Assembly: GCA_038087875.1 (NCBI GenBank)
Contig: JAXLNO010000460.1
Coordinates: 1 to 64,000 of the forward strand
Source: Malacoraja senta
Lineage: Eukaryota
Reading direction: 5' to 3'
DNA length: 64,000 bases
In this document: positions 38,725-50,717 of the stretch, piece by piece
Layout: every line of letters starts with the position of its first letter
Position numbering within the stretch: position 1 is the stretch's first letter
Notes under the pieces: model-generated
What the model was told of the DNA's origin: nothing
The model's database searches: none
The model's input: only the letters and a program-made list of their open reading frames with translations
Program-made: the position numbers and the translations under genes

Positions 38725-39039
38725 AATTAAATTCAGGTGTTGGATGAGAGCAGGTTAAAATCATAGACATTAGGCAATGCTGGAAAATATAAACCTGTTT
38801 TTGGAGAAGCTTACTGTAGGTCATGAAATATGACACCAGCCCAGATCATTTTAAGAGAGCAGTGACAATTGAACTGAGTTGTACAATTCACTCGGGGTAA
38901 GTGGACCAGTGATTATCAGCTCCCTTTAACTTCAAGAACAGACTAGTGTGTTCCTTACAGTGAGCCGCACATATGAAGCATGTCTTCTGTCAAGAGTACA
39001 ACCTCGAGGTAGCTTTTGACCTTTTCTAAGAGTTGTTAG

Positions 39040-39305
39040 CCATCACTCTGGTCTGAATCAGAAGTGATGAAGTCTCAGCTGAAACTACAATACAGTATAA
39101 ATGAATACTGCATTGGTGTTTTCCAGATGATATATTGACCTGTTTGCATTCCCATGAAAATGTAAATGTTTTCATGATATTATTTTGTGGAATCCTTGTG
39201 TCCTGGATATTATTTACCTTTCAACCAGCAATGCTTCAGTAGATTATCTTACTATTATCACATTGGCCTTTGTAGGTCCTTGTAATTCACAAATCTACTG
39301 CACTT
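39040..39305 (+). mobile_element. Degenerate DeuSINE
   Basis: Deu-like core gtgtcctggatattatttacctttcaacca...agattatctt...attatcacattg...ccttgt...cacaaat. Confidence 0.5.
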
Positions 39306-39498
39306 GTATAGAATTGTTGGAGATCGTTAGTGTAGAATGAGGCCATTAAGCCCATCAAATCCATGCCTGCAATACAATGGTTCTACAATTTGAAAATTAA
39401 TTACTAGCTTAGTTTAGTTTAGTTTAGTTTAGTTTAGAGATGCAGCATGGAAACAGACCCTTTGGCCCACCGAATCTGCTCCGACCAGCAATCTCTGT

Positions 39499-39688
39499 TC
39501 TTCTTTTCGTGTCCATCTTGTTACAAATGTTGGCCTCGCTGTCATCGTCCGTCCTGAAAAGGACGCAAGCTTCCAGCGACAATCAGTGGAAGCCATCACT
39601 TGTCGCAATAGATGATGGTGGTAGCAGAATTAGCTCAGGATACTTCCAGTTTCCAGCCCCGCGACGTGGACGCTTCTGCTATGGGGCC
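39499..39688 (-). mobile_element. Short non-autonomous retroposon with 5' HDV-like ribozyme
   Basis: 14-bp direct repeat CCAGCAATCTCTGT (39485-39498 / 39687-39700, 2 nt shared with the element's 5' GG); minus-strand 3' end ...GGACACGAAAAGAAGA; no ORF and no obvious Pol III boxes. Confidence 0.85.
39622..39688 (-). ncRNA. HDV-like (CPEB3-like) self-cleaving ribozyme
   Basis: GGCCCC-A-TAGCAGAA-GCG-TCCACGT-CGC-GGGGCT-GG-AAACTGGAAGTATCCTGAG-CTAA-TTCTGCTA: P1 with G1.U wobble, perfect 8-bp P2, 3-bp P3, CC/GG P1.1, J4/2 catalytic C at 39633. Confidence 0.85.
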
Positions 39689-41545
39689 AGCAATCTCTGT
39701 ACACTAACACCATCCTACAGACTAGTGGCAATTTACAATGTTTACCAAAGCCAAATTAACATACAAACCTGTACATCTTTGTACAGAAGCATCCCGAGAA
39801 AGCCCACATGTTCACTGGGAGAACATCCTAACTCCTTGCAAATGGCACACATAGTCAGGATCGAACCCAGGTCTCTGGCACTGTAAGGCAGCAACTCTAC
39901 CACTGTACCAGTGGAAATATACCCCAATATAAATAAAGTTTCTTCTCCCATTTTCTTTGTTAATACTGTAGCTGATCAGAGGTAGACTTGGCTGAAGCCA
40001 CAAGGCATAGATAAACCCACATGCCTATTGCAATTTTTTACCAGCAATTTTCTTTAATCCTGCACAGGAACAGTTCGATTGTTTAAGGTGGCAGAATTTA
40101 CCAAGCAATCACATACAATTTGGGAGTGACACTAGAACCAAAATATTACAGTAGTATGTGACCTGAATGGAGAGGGGGAAGATCACTTTAGTATAGTCTA
40201 GTTAAACAGACTTGCTTTTGTTACAACAATGCCTGTTTTTCACAAAATGTTTATTTGGCTGTAAAACTACTTAAAGGGATATAAATAAAATGAGATTAGC
40301 ATAGATAGCTGGTTGAATGTTCACATGGACAGGGTGGGCTGTTGGGCTGCATGGGGTGTATGCCTTTTATTTGTGCATCCAATTCTTATTTTACATTTAG
40401 TCCATATTTAGACAGAGATACTAGAGATTTAGACAGAAGTACAGAGATACTGGCTAAAACGGTCTGAGTCAGAGGAATAGAATCAAAATAATGACATCAA
40501 TGTCGTTGTTCTGGCCTCCATGCCTACTTAATCCACACCTTGCTTTCAGCCACCAACTGAAGAGGGTATCTTGAATACTCTCAACAGGTTTCTCAACAGA
40601 TCTCAGATAAAGCTTACAGAGCAAAACAAAACCTTCTGCGTTGAACAGAATCTGTATGGGTGAAAGGAATTGTCAACATTTTGGGACCCTGCATTTAGAT
40701 TGAGAGGGGAGAGGGAAGATGGCCAGCATAAAGAGAGGAGAGAGAGAGAGAGGAGGAGTGAGGTAGGGGCCAACAGATTTGTGGACCAGCGAGGGATGAA
40801 GGATGATGGTCAGGGTGGAGCCAGATTGGGGAGCGGGTGGGGTGCAGTTGGGAGATAAGCAGGTGGGTGATAAGTGGTGATAGAGATGATGATAGAGACA
40901 GAGGTGATGGGTACCCCACATGGCTCTATCTACCCATCATCTTTCACCCCTCCTTAGTCTAGTCCTGCTCAACCCAACTGAGTTCATCCAGCAGTTTGTT
41001 TTTTTATCTCCATATTCCAGCATCTGGTGTCTCTTGTGTCTTATACAGCTACAGAGAGCTTTGCAAGACACTGCCGTCATAGTAACATGTGCTTATTCTG
41101 AAAAGAATTGAGAATGCTTGTGCATTTAGGTTGTGAAGTGTTCAGCCATTTCTGACATTCAAGGTGTCATCCAAAAAGTAGGTGGAAGTAAATAGAGCAC
41201 TAACTGGAGAGCTGTAGACTTAAGTAATCCTTACCCACAAGGACCCAAAACAATTGGGGTTATCTAAAGAATGCACATAAGAAAGCTTTGATTCTTGAAT
41301 GACAGAGCTTTGCAGTATAACCTGCACCCAGATTCTGTAATTATCCTTTTTCAGGTCACAGTGGCTGCAATTACCTTTCTTCTGATTTCTCCCATAAAGG
41401 ATATAAACAACATTTAGTCAGGCATTCAGGCAAGCATTCCCTAAGGACATCCAAAACAGCACATTATGGTTCTAGGGTTTACCCACATCTCTGAATTCCA
41501 CCAGGACATGTTTACTGTTCTTTATTGTTCTGTAGGCAATATTGA

Positions 41546-44500
41546 TATTAATATGATAATGATATTATATTAATGATATTATATCAATATTGATATTAAT
41601 ATGATAATGATATTAACGGAAACATGGTACCGAAAGGATACGTTCATTCACTGCCCCTCAGGGTACCATGAAGTCATGGTGCCCTCAGTAAAAACTACTG
41701 ATATACGTAAGGGCAGAACCTCTGGGGGGGTCTTGGTATGGTACAAAGAAGAACTAGACAGTCACATTACATCAATAAAACAGGGGAAATCACATATATG
41801 GTTGGAACTAGATAAAACAATTGGAATAACTGGAAAAGATATATATCTATGTGCCGCCTACATACCCCCAATAGAATCGCCATATTTTGAAGAGGATATA
41901 TTTGAAACTCTCCACATGGAAATCAATCATTTCCAGGCCCAGGGAAATGTGCTACTATGTGGAGACCTGAATGCAAGGACCGGATGTGAACCCGATTCCA
42001 TAGACCCACAGGGCAACAACCATGTGTTCGGTCAAACCCCCTTGTATGTCACAACAACTATCATTAACCGGAACAACCTGGACTGTAAAATAAATAAAAG
42101 TGGTAGAGAGGTAATGCATCTCTGCCGAGCCTTGGGCCTGTACATAGTTAATGGTAGGTTCAGAGGGGACTCGCTGGGAAGGTTTACATATTCCTCTACT
42201 CTTGGGTCTAGCGTGGTAGACTACGCAATTACTGACATAGACCCCTGCACTATCAGTGCATTCACTGTTAGGCAGCAGTCCCCTCTTTCAGACCATAGTC
42301 AAATCAACGTGTACCTAAAATTTCCTGTTCAAAGTAAAGACGTAAAAAAGGAACCAAGTAAGCTGTATAAACAAAATCAGACTTACAGATGGGCTTCAGA
42401 AAGTGGAGATAAATTCATCGTGGCCCTGAATTCACCTGATCTCACAAATAAAATATTGAAATTCAAGAAAAACCCATATGAGACTACTAGAGATGGTGTC
42501 AACAGGGCTATAAAGGACATTAATATGATCTTTCACAAGGCAGCTATCAAATCTGACCTTGTGAAACAGAAGATAAAAATTATCAAAAAAAACAACCATG
42601 AAATATGGTTCGACCACGAGTGTAAAAATGTCAGAAAAGACCTGAGGAAAATATCAAACCAAAAACACCGTCAACCAAACAATCTTAACTTACGCATTAG
42701 ATATAATGAAACTCTTAAAAGGTATAAACACACGATTAGGAACAAAAGACAGAATCACACTCACAAAAGACTTGAAGAAATTGAAAATTTCATAAATCAA
42801 AACCAATTTTGGGATATGTGGAATAACCTGAGCAAAACAAAACTACAAACATTACCAATTCAAGACGGTGATATCTGGAGAGCACATTTCAAAAATCTAT
42901 ATAAAGACATCCAAATAAATAAAATAAACTCAAATCATTCTCATATCCAAGAAAAACTCCAAACACTAGAAATAGTAATTAAAGATGACCAAAACCCCCA
43001 TGATTTCCCAATTACTTTGGAAGAACTGACCTCAAAAATAAAATCTCTTCACTCAAAGAAAGCCTGTGGTCCAGATAGCGTTAAAAATGAAATGCTCAAG
43101 TACAGCACTCCGGAGATGCAGGGCATAGTGCTTAGGCTGTTCAACATCATACTACGTTCAGGTTATTTCCCTGATATTTGGTGCCAAGGGCTTATTTCAC
43201 CCATTTATAAGAGTGGAAACAAACTAGACCCAAATAATTATCGTGGCATCAGTGTCAGTAGCTGCCTAGGGAAGTTATTCTGCAGTATCATAAACAACAG
43301 AATGCAGGATTTCCTTAACAAACACAACATTCTCAGTAAAAAACAAATTGGCTTCCTCCCAAAACACCGTACCACTGACCACATTTACACCCTCCACACT
43401 CTCATTGAAAAACATGTACACCAAGCAAAGAACGGAAAAATATTTGCCTGTTTTATTGACTTTGAGAAAGCATTTGACTCTATTTGGCATGAAGGGCTCT
43501 ATTACAAACTCTTCAGTTGTGGTATAGGAGGAAAGGTATATGACCTTATCAAATCAATGTATCTGAATAATAAATGTGTTGTTAAAATTGAGGACAAACG
43601 CACTGATCTCTTCAGCCAGAGAAGAGGCGTCTGGCAAGGCTGCAACCTGAGCCCGACATTGTTTACTGTATATATCAATGATTTGGCAATAAAGCTGGAC
43701 CAGAGCACTGCGCCGGGCCTCTGTCTTCTGGACGGAGAGGTAAAATCCCTGTTTTATGCGGATGACTTGGTTCTGTTGTCCCCCACAGAACAGGGACTAC
43801 AGCAACAGTTGGACCTACTTGATGGGTACTGCCAAAATTGGGCCCTGGCAGTAAATCTAAAGAAAACCAACATCATGATTTTTCAGAAAAGACCCAGATG
43901 TCAGGAAGATAAATACAAATTTACTCTCAATGGTATTATTATCGAACACACTATGAGCTATACTTACCTTGGTCTAACTGTTGCAGCATCAGGGAGCTTC
44001 AATATGGCAGTGAATGCACTAAAAGAGAAAGCTCGAAGAGCTCTGTATGCAATAAAAAGAAGATTCTACAACATCCAAATTCCAATTAAAATCTGGCTTA
44101 AAATATTTGACAGTATAATCCAGCCTATTGCGCTTTATGGTAGTGAAGTATGGGGGCCGCTCAGTCACCATAGTTATAGTAAATGGGAAAAACATACAAC
44201 GGAGGCCCTGCATGCGGAATTTTGTCGGAACATCCTCCGCATCCAAAGGAAAACACCAACAAACGCATGTAGGGCAGAATTAGGCAGATACCCACTGATA
44301 ATAAATATCCAGAAAAGAGCACTGAATTTTTGGAATCACCTTAAATCTAGCCCACCAGATACCCTCCAGTTTAAAGCCCTTAAAACACAAGAGGGGAGTC
44401 CAGAAAAGAGTTCCCTGTGTCAGTTGGTACTGAGACTAACTACCCCCATGCAGTCAAACCCTATCCAGTTAAATCCTGACCAGCCTCAGATCAATACTGA

Positions 44501-45300
44501 TCCCCAATCACCAGTTAGAGTGAACCAAATTATCAAACAATGTAAAGAAATGTATTTGGAACATTGGGATAAAGAAACCAAAAGCCAAAGCAGATTAGAA
44601 TGTTACCGTGCCCTAAAAAGAGATTATAAATTGGCAGACTATCTCTCAACTGTTAGAGACATAAAGCAGAGACAGACCCTCACCAAATACAGGCTAAGTG
44701 ACCACTATTTGGCAGTTGAAAAAGGAAGACAGAAGAGATTCTGGCAACCAAGAGAAAACAGAATATGCGGCCACTGTTTGACAGATGAGGTTGAAACAGA
44801 GGTGCACTTCCTCCTAAAATGCAAAAAATTTGGCAAAACAAGGAAAACATACTTTGACAAACTCAGTCAGGCAACCCCTGATTTTAAAGAACTAGGTGAA
44901 ACATCAAAACTAAGAATAATCCTTGGTGAAGGAAATACGGCACATCTTGGTGCACAATACGTAACAGCATGCCATAACCTGAGAGACGGTGAATGACCAA
45001 TATGCACATATGTACGCACACACTAATTTACATTAAATGACACTAAGAAATTAATATTGAATTGCTAAACTTGCTATCCTGTTGTACTGCTTACAGCTGC
45101 AAGAACGTGTAGCAATCAATAAAGGGCTATAGGCCTCTTGCAAGTTTATGTACAGGGACATATCTATCTATGCACTGTATACTTGTATTTATACTTATGC
45201 ATTTTAAATATGTATGTCATCTTTTATACTTTGGCAATATAACAATGTATTTTTTATCATGCCAATAAAGTTTTTTAATTGAAAAAAAAAATTTGAATTG
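41546..45300 (+). mobile_element. RTE-X-like non-LTR retrotransposon, slightly 5'-truncated
   Basis: APE-RT ORF; AATAAA at 45264; ttgaa tail; candidate TSD AATATTGA (41538-41545 / 45301-45308). Confidence 0.8.
41601..44996 (+). CDS. LINE ORF2: AP endonuclease + reverse transcriptase + C-terminal CCHC-like motif
   Basis: ETW, GDLNAR, SVVDY, SDH (APE); GPD, NNYRGIS, FIDFEKAFD, QGCNLSP, YADD, YTYLG (RT); RICGHC...ETEVHFLLKC; 1131 aa with no stops. Confidence 0.92.
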   Translation: MIMILTETWYRKDTFIHCPSGYHEVMVPSVKTTDIRKGRTSGGVLVWYKEELDSHITSIKQGKSHIWLELDKTIGITGKDIYLCAAYIPPIESPYFEEDIFETLHMEINHFQAQGNVLLCGDLNARTGCEPDSIDPQGNNHVFGQTPLYVTTTIINRNNLDCKINKSGREVMHLCRALGLYIVNGRFRGDSLGRFTYSSTLGSSVVDYAITDIDPCTISAFTVRQQSPLSDHSQINVYLKFPVQSKDVKKEPSKLYKQNQTYRWASESGDKFIVALNSPDLTNKILKFKKNPYETTRDGVNRAIKDINMIFHKAAIKSDLVKQKIKIIKKNNHEIWFDHECKNVRKDLRKISNQKHRQPNNLNLRIRYNETLKRYKHTIRNKRQNHTHKRLEEIENFINQNQFWDMWNNLSKTKLQTLPIQDGDIWRAHFKNLYKDIQINKINSNHSHIQEKLQTLEIVIKDDQNPHDFPITLEELTSKIKSLHSKKACGPDSVKNEMLKYSTPEMQGIVLRLFNIILRSGYFPDIWCQGLISPIYKSGNKLDPNNYRGISVSSCLGKLFCSIINNRMQDFLNKHNILSKKQIGFLPKHRTTDHIYTLHTLIEKHVHQAKNGKIFACFIDFEKAFDSIWHEGLYYKLFSCGIGGKVYDLIKSMYLNNKCVVKIEDKRTDLFSQRRGVWQGCNLSPTLFTVYINDLAIKLDQSTAPGLCLLDGEVKSLFYADDLVLLSPTEQGLQQQLDLLDGYCQNWALAVNLKKTNIMIFQKRPRCQEDKYKFTLNGIIIEHTMSYTYLGLTVAASGSFNMAVNALKEKARRALYAIKRRFYNIQIPIKIWLKIFDSIIQPIALYGSEVWGPLSHHSYSKWEKHTTEALHAEFCRNILRIQRKTPTNACRAELGRYPLIINIQKRALNFWNHLKSSPPDTLQFKALKTQEGSPEKSSLCQLVLRLTTPMQSNPIQLNPDQPQINTDPQSPVRVNQIIKQCKEMYLEHWDKETKSQSRLECYRALKRDYKLADYLSTVRDIKQRQTLTKYRLSDHYLAVEKGRQKRFWQPRENRICGHCLTDEVETEVHFLLKCKKFGKTRKTYFDKLSQATPDFKELGETSKLRIILGEGNTAHLGAQYVTACHNLRDGE

Positions 45301-48249
45301 AATATTGAATAGTGTGACGGCCTTCATTAATCATATTCTATTAGTGTGCACCCAGCAGGAGCTACACCGTCCAGGGCTGTACTCCCACACCTAGCAGTAA
45401 ACTTTCTCATTGCAACAGCCCTTCCCATTCTGGTTTGTGTGCACACAACATTGTTAATGGTGCCTTTGGGCGAGGGTGTATAATACATCAGGTTTGCTTT
45501 AGATACCTTTTGAGAAGATTACATCAGACTGTAGAGATCCTGTGCCATCATTAATCCCATTTATTTCTTGTCCCACTCTCATTTGTTTAGCTACCATTAT
45601 AATAGCATAACCCACTCCATAAGGTGTATGAATTCAGTGGTAGATTTAGACATTCTGGTGTATAAGACTAGATAAGCTGAAGAAGAAATGGAAGGATGGG
45701 TCTTGTGGTGAGGTGAAGCAGACAGAGGGGACAAAGATGCATGTAGGACTGACAAAAGGTGGAATTGGCTGCACCAATTCCTTGTAAAATGCCTTTTTTT
45801 CAGCCTTTGGATACAGATGCTCATCTTTTGGAAAGGTCAGGAAAATGTGGTCAAAGATGAATTAGCAGAGAGGTGTTGAGGCCAGTGTAAACCACCCACG
45901 ATCATATTGAATGGCGGGGAAGACTTGAGGGGCCAGGTAGTCTATTCCTGCTATTTTCCTGTGTTCCTCTGGCCACTTGCTCCTCAGGTTATTTTTACAC
46001 ACTGCAGAGAAATGCAACCCTTCCACTCATCGGGTCTTCCCAGCAACACAATTAAGAACAAGGAAAAGTAAATCATCCTTGGTCACCAGAGCTAAAGCAG
46101 GAGAAGGAATAGATAAATGAGTTCATGCCATCAACTGTATTTGCTTCCACAAATTTGGTTTCATTGACGTTCATGTGCTGATGTGTACAGGTGTTGGATA
46201 CAGCAGCCATCTTCTCTTCTATTCAGCAATGCTATGCATATCAAATAATAACTTTTTCCCTGTCAGATATTTTTCCTAGCTCTGCTAGGAAAAAAAATAA
46301 AAATTGCAAAATGTGAAATAAAAACATAAAATACTGGAATTGCCCATCAAGTCGATCAGTACCAGTGGAAAGAGAAAGGATTAACTTGGAGCCATAGAAT
46401 CGCATTTGGTGAAAACAGGCCCTTTGGTCCAACCATGTTCCCAACCACTCGTCTTGGCCTGAAACATGAACTGTTCCTCTTTCCAGCATTTTCTTTTTTC
46501 ATCAAACACCTTTGCCCATTATATACCACTGTCCATTTCCTTTTCTCTCAAGCTTCTTCACCAGTCAATGTTCCCCTATCTCCTAGTTATGCCAATTTCA
46601 ACATTACTGATGCTTCATTGAGATTCTTATATTTTTCTACTTTTCCTGACAAGACAAAATGTAATGCTTTCCGCAGTTATTAAGAAATAAGCAAAAAAGT
46701 CAGCCAAAGATAGACATCAGCTTCTGCAAATAAAGATGCTGACAATCTCACATTGGAGAGAGTTGACGCATATGAGACAGAACTGACATCAGTAGCACAA
46801 ATCACCTCAGCCTTTGCAGTATTACTATCAATAAAACGGAATTTTATTTACTGTGAATCCCTCAGGCTAACCTACGAGGCAAGATTGGCTCTGTTTTGTA
46901 CAAGTAATTTTGTTTTGATTCACTGCACCAAATTCACATTATGTGACTGATATTCACACTGAAGGTCACTGCTCTTGCAAAGATCAAATGATTATCCACA
47001 GTGATATTGTGCAATCCTCCTTATATTTCTTAAAGTTCTTTTGAGTTTACAGTATTGTTTTCATGTGAACACGTACAATCTGCATTTGCATTGGGCATTT
47101 AATAAGAACTTAAGGAATAGGACCAAGATATATACACACTGAACTTTTTTTTCTCTCTCATTTATCATATTTTTTACAGTGTACTATATTTTCATATTCT
47201 GTTGAGATGCAGCAAGTAAGAATTTAATTGTTCTATCTGGGACATATGACAATAAAACACTCTTGACTCGACTCTTGAGAATAAACTGTGCAAGCCTCAA
47301 GCTTAGTCAATCAACAATATCATCTCCACTTTATTGCCTGCTCTCACAATCCTTGATACTACCCCACAACAGTACAGCACAGGAACAGGTCCGTTGCCCC
47401 ACAATGTCCATGCCGAACATGAAGCCAGGTTAACCTATTCTCCTCTAACTGCACGTGAGCCATATCCCTCCATTCCCTGCATATCCATGTACCGAACTAA
47501 AATCCTCTTAAATCCCCCTATTCTACTTGGCCTTTGTCTATCTGCAGTATCTCAGCCTTGAATACACTAATGACAGTTGTTCAAAACTCTCTCGGGTTGA
47601 GAACTCTAATGATTTCCAACGAGTTCCCAAATAAGTTCCCTCCTCATTATGCAGAATTCTCTGAATTTTCCCTGCAACATTGTGAAGATGAAATATTTTC
47701 AAGGATAAATCCATCTTTCAAGCACTCTCAACATTAATCTGAATATTTATCTTTTACATAGTCGAAGGGGAAAGCTACACATAATCCAGCTGAGAGATAC
47801 GTAGCAGTGGGGACTGAGAAGAGTTGGTGATAACTGTGTCCATCTGGTGGAATTTTCTACCGGAAACAACATCAGCATGGAAACATTTCCAAGGTTATTT
47901 GACATCTCCCTGTAATCAATGCACATTAGCTGATTATCTCATGCTGATTAGTGGAGAGTGTAGAACCCTATTAAAAAGATACAAAAGCAAAAAAAAAAAG
48001 TAGATGTAAAGAGAATAAATGCCAAATAATATACAAAGTTATTATAGAAATTTAAGAAGATTAAAATATTAATGAAGAAACCTTGATGAAACAGCAGAAT
48101 CAATCGCAGACCTTCTGAAAGATAAAACAATTGAAAGCTATTGGACCATTAATAACTTAAAACATAATTCAATTTTACCAGCAGGGAGAAAAGTTCAAAG
48201 ATCCTGACTGGGAAGTCAGTCACAAGGATGGAAAGCATTGACAAGGTGG

Positions 48250-48520
48250 AACAATGGCGCAGCTCAAAGAGCTGCTGCATCACAACACCGGAGACTCAGG
48301 TTCGACCCTGACTGTGTGGAGTTTGATTTTCTCCCTGTGAGTGTGAGTGTTTCCTTGGGTACTCTGGTTTCCTCCCACATCCCAAAAGTGTGTGTGTTTG
48401 TAGACAAAGTTGACCTCTGTAAATTGTCCGCAGTGTGCAGGGAGTGGATGAGAACTAGTTACTGAACAGGTAATCGGTGGTGGATTTGATGGGCCAAAGG
48501 GCCTGTTTCCATGCTGTTTC
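48250..48520 (+). mobile_element. HE1-type V-SINE
   Basis: B box GGTTCGACCC, V-domain gtgtggagtttg...ggtttcctcccacatcccaaa, tail gggccaaagggcctgtttccatgctgt. Confidence 0.8.
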
Positions 48521-49384
48521 AATAAATTCAATCAAAAATTGGGAGAAGGCTTATAAAATTTCCAGAAACCATGACGACTAGAGTAAAGGAAGGGACAATA
48601 AGTGCAAGTAATAATGTAGGATCCAATTCCTATGGAAAATAAAGTCGAAAGAAAAAGTTTTTAGTCTTTCATAATTTAAATTTTAAAACCGACTTACTCA
48701 TTATATAGAAAAGATATAAAATGGGAATGATGAATAATAATCTAACGATAAAGTAATTATGACCCAATTCCCAATAGCTGACTTGAAGGTGTCAATCTGA
48801 ATATCTTCACCCTCATAATCCCCAGGTAGATCCTAACCTCTAGAGGAAGTTGGTAAATGCAAAGTGAAATTCAAGCCACACAAGTATCTGGGAATGGTGA
48901 TCTGCAACTAGAGAGAGTCTAACCACCCACAGTTGACATCCAAATGATATTAGCATCAAATCACTCACTTTCATCATCCCAGGATACCATCAATGACCAG
49001 AAACTGAATTAAACCATGAGTGAATGCATCAGGTGATGGTCAGAGTTTGCAACTACCGAATCCCCCAATATCTTCCCACCATTTGAAGAGCACAAATCCA
49101 CTTGCCTAGATGATTGCAAATTCAACAACATTGAAGATAAGCAGCCCACCTGATTATTTTGATCAGTCTAAAAAGCAATTCCTCCCTCAGAATTGTGTCT
49201 GAATTGTATATTACCTACAAAATCCCGTGCATTATGTGGGTAATGCACAATACTCACCAATCTGTTCCAACCGCGCCTTCCAAAGCCACAAACACCTCCA
49301 CTGAAATTGGCAATGGCCACAGGTGCATGGGAACACTACCACCTACTCACCAAATCCTTCCAACAGCATTGTTGGCAAGGACTC

Positions 49385-50182
49385 ACACAGCATGGAAACA
49401 GGCCCTTAGATTCACAGAGTCCATGCCAACCTTTAAGCTTGCATTTACACTAATCCCACATTAGTGTCCCCACTATCTCCAGATTCTACCACTCATCCAC
49501 ACACCAGAGGTAATTCAAAGTGACCAATTAATTTACTTACTCACATCCCTTACAAGAATGATCCTAACTCATGTAGGTTAACCTATGATGAGCATTTGTC
49601 GGCACTAGGCCTGTACTTGCTGGAGTTTAGAAGAATGAGGGGGGGGACATCATTGAAACATACAGAATAGTGAAAGGCTTGGATAGAGTGGATGCGGAGA
49701 GGATGTTTCCACTCATGGGAGAGTCTACAACTAAAGGTCATAGCCTCGGAATTAAAGGAAGTTCTTTTAGGAAGGAGATGAGGAGAAATTTCTTTAGTCA
49801 GAGGGTGGTGAATCTGTGGAATCCTTTGCCACAGAAGACTGTGGAGGCCAAGTCAGTGGATATTTTTAAGGCAGAGATAGATAGATTCTTGATTAGTGCA
49901 GGTGTCAGAGGTTATGGGGAGAAGGCAGGAGAATGGGGTTAGGAGGGAGAGATAGATCAGCCATGATTGAATGGCGGAGTAGACTTGATGAGCCAAATGG
50001 TCTAATTCTACTCCTATCACTTATGATCTTGTGACCTTATGAGGTAGGAAGAAGGAGGAGCATCCAAGGGAAACCCTTGTTGTATCAGGGAGAATGTGAA
50101 GACTTCGCAGAGACTGCATCAGAGGTCAGAATCAAATTGCTGGAACAGTGAGGCAGTAACTCTACCAGCTGCACTATTGCAT
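49385..50182 (-). mobile_element. HE1-type V-SINE split by a CR1 insertion
   Basis: Tail at 49385-49550; V-domain/head at 50045-50182. Confidence 0.6.
49570..50040 (+). mobile_element. CR1/HER1 LINE 3' end
   Basis: KGLDRVDAERMFPL..ESTTKGHSL.IKG..FRKEMRRNFFSQRVVNLWN.LPQ; 3' UTR gatcagccatgattgaatggcggag. Confidence 0.9.
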
Positions 50183-50717
50183 GATCTTGAAGGAGCACTT
50201 GCACCAGAGGAACTACAGTGATTCAGAAAGATAGCTCCTACCAATGGTAATTTGGGATGGGGATTAAACATTGGTCTTTCCAGTGATGCACACATCCTTA
50301 TTAGTGATAGAGTTTAAGGGTTTTTGTGGTTCTGTTAGGGAGCCAAAATGAATAACCTCAAAGCATTTTCTGACTAACAGTCATGGTGACTTACAGGTAG
50401 GTAAATGAATGTTTAGAATAGTTGATGAGGTGCCAGTCAAGCAGGCTGGTTTGACCTGGAAAGTGTCCAATGTCATTTTATCTGCACTCATTCTGGCAAG
50501 TTGCAAACATTCCATCATGTTGCTGACTTGTAGATGATGGAATGAGTGTGTACCATAGATAGTCAACAAATGACCTGTGCTTACAATCACTGTGCTTCAG
50601 TGACGGGTCCAGTTGAGTTTATCTTCAGGCACATGTCTGAATGTTGTCAAGGTCTTGTTGCATGTAAGCATTGGCTGATTCATTATCTGACACATTACAA
50701 ATGGAAATTAACATGCG

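Larger units (their letters stand above)
39410..39912 (-). mobile_element. HE1-type V-SINE, split by the ribozyme-headed retroposon
   Basis: (GTTTA)n tail at 39410-39437; V-domain/head with B box (rc of ggatcgaacc); interrupted at 39499-39686. Confidence 0.85.

Noticed and set aside
39510..39610. A second tandem HDV-like ribozyme or a SECIS element in the retroposon
   Set aside because: P1-like and P1.1-like parts exist, but P2 and P3 cannot be closed convincingly and SECIS spacing is not met; reported only as a pseudoknot
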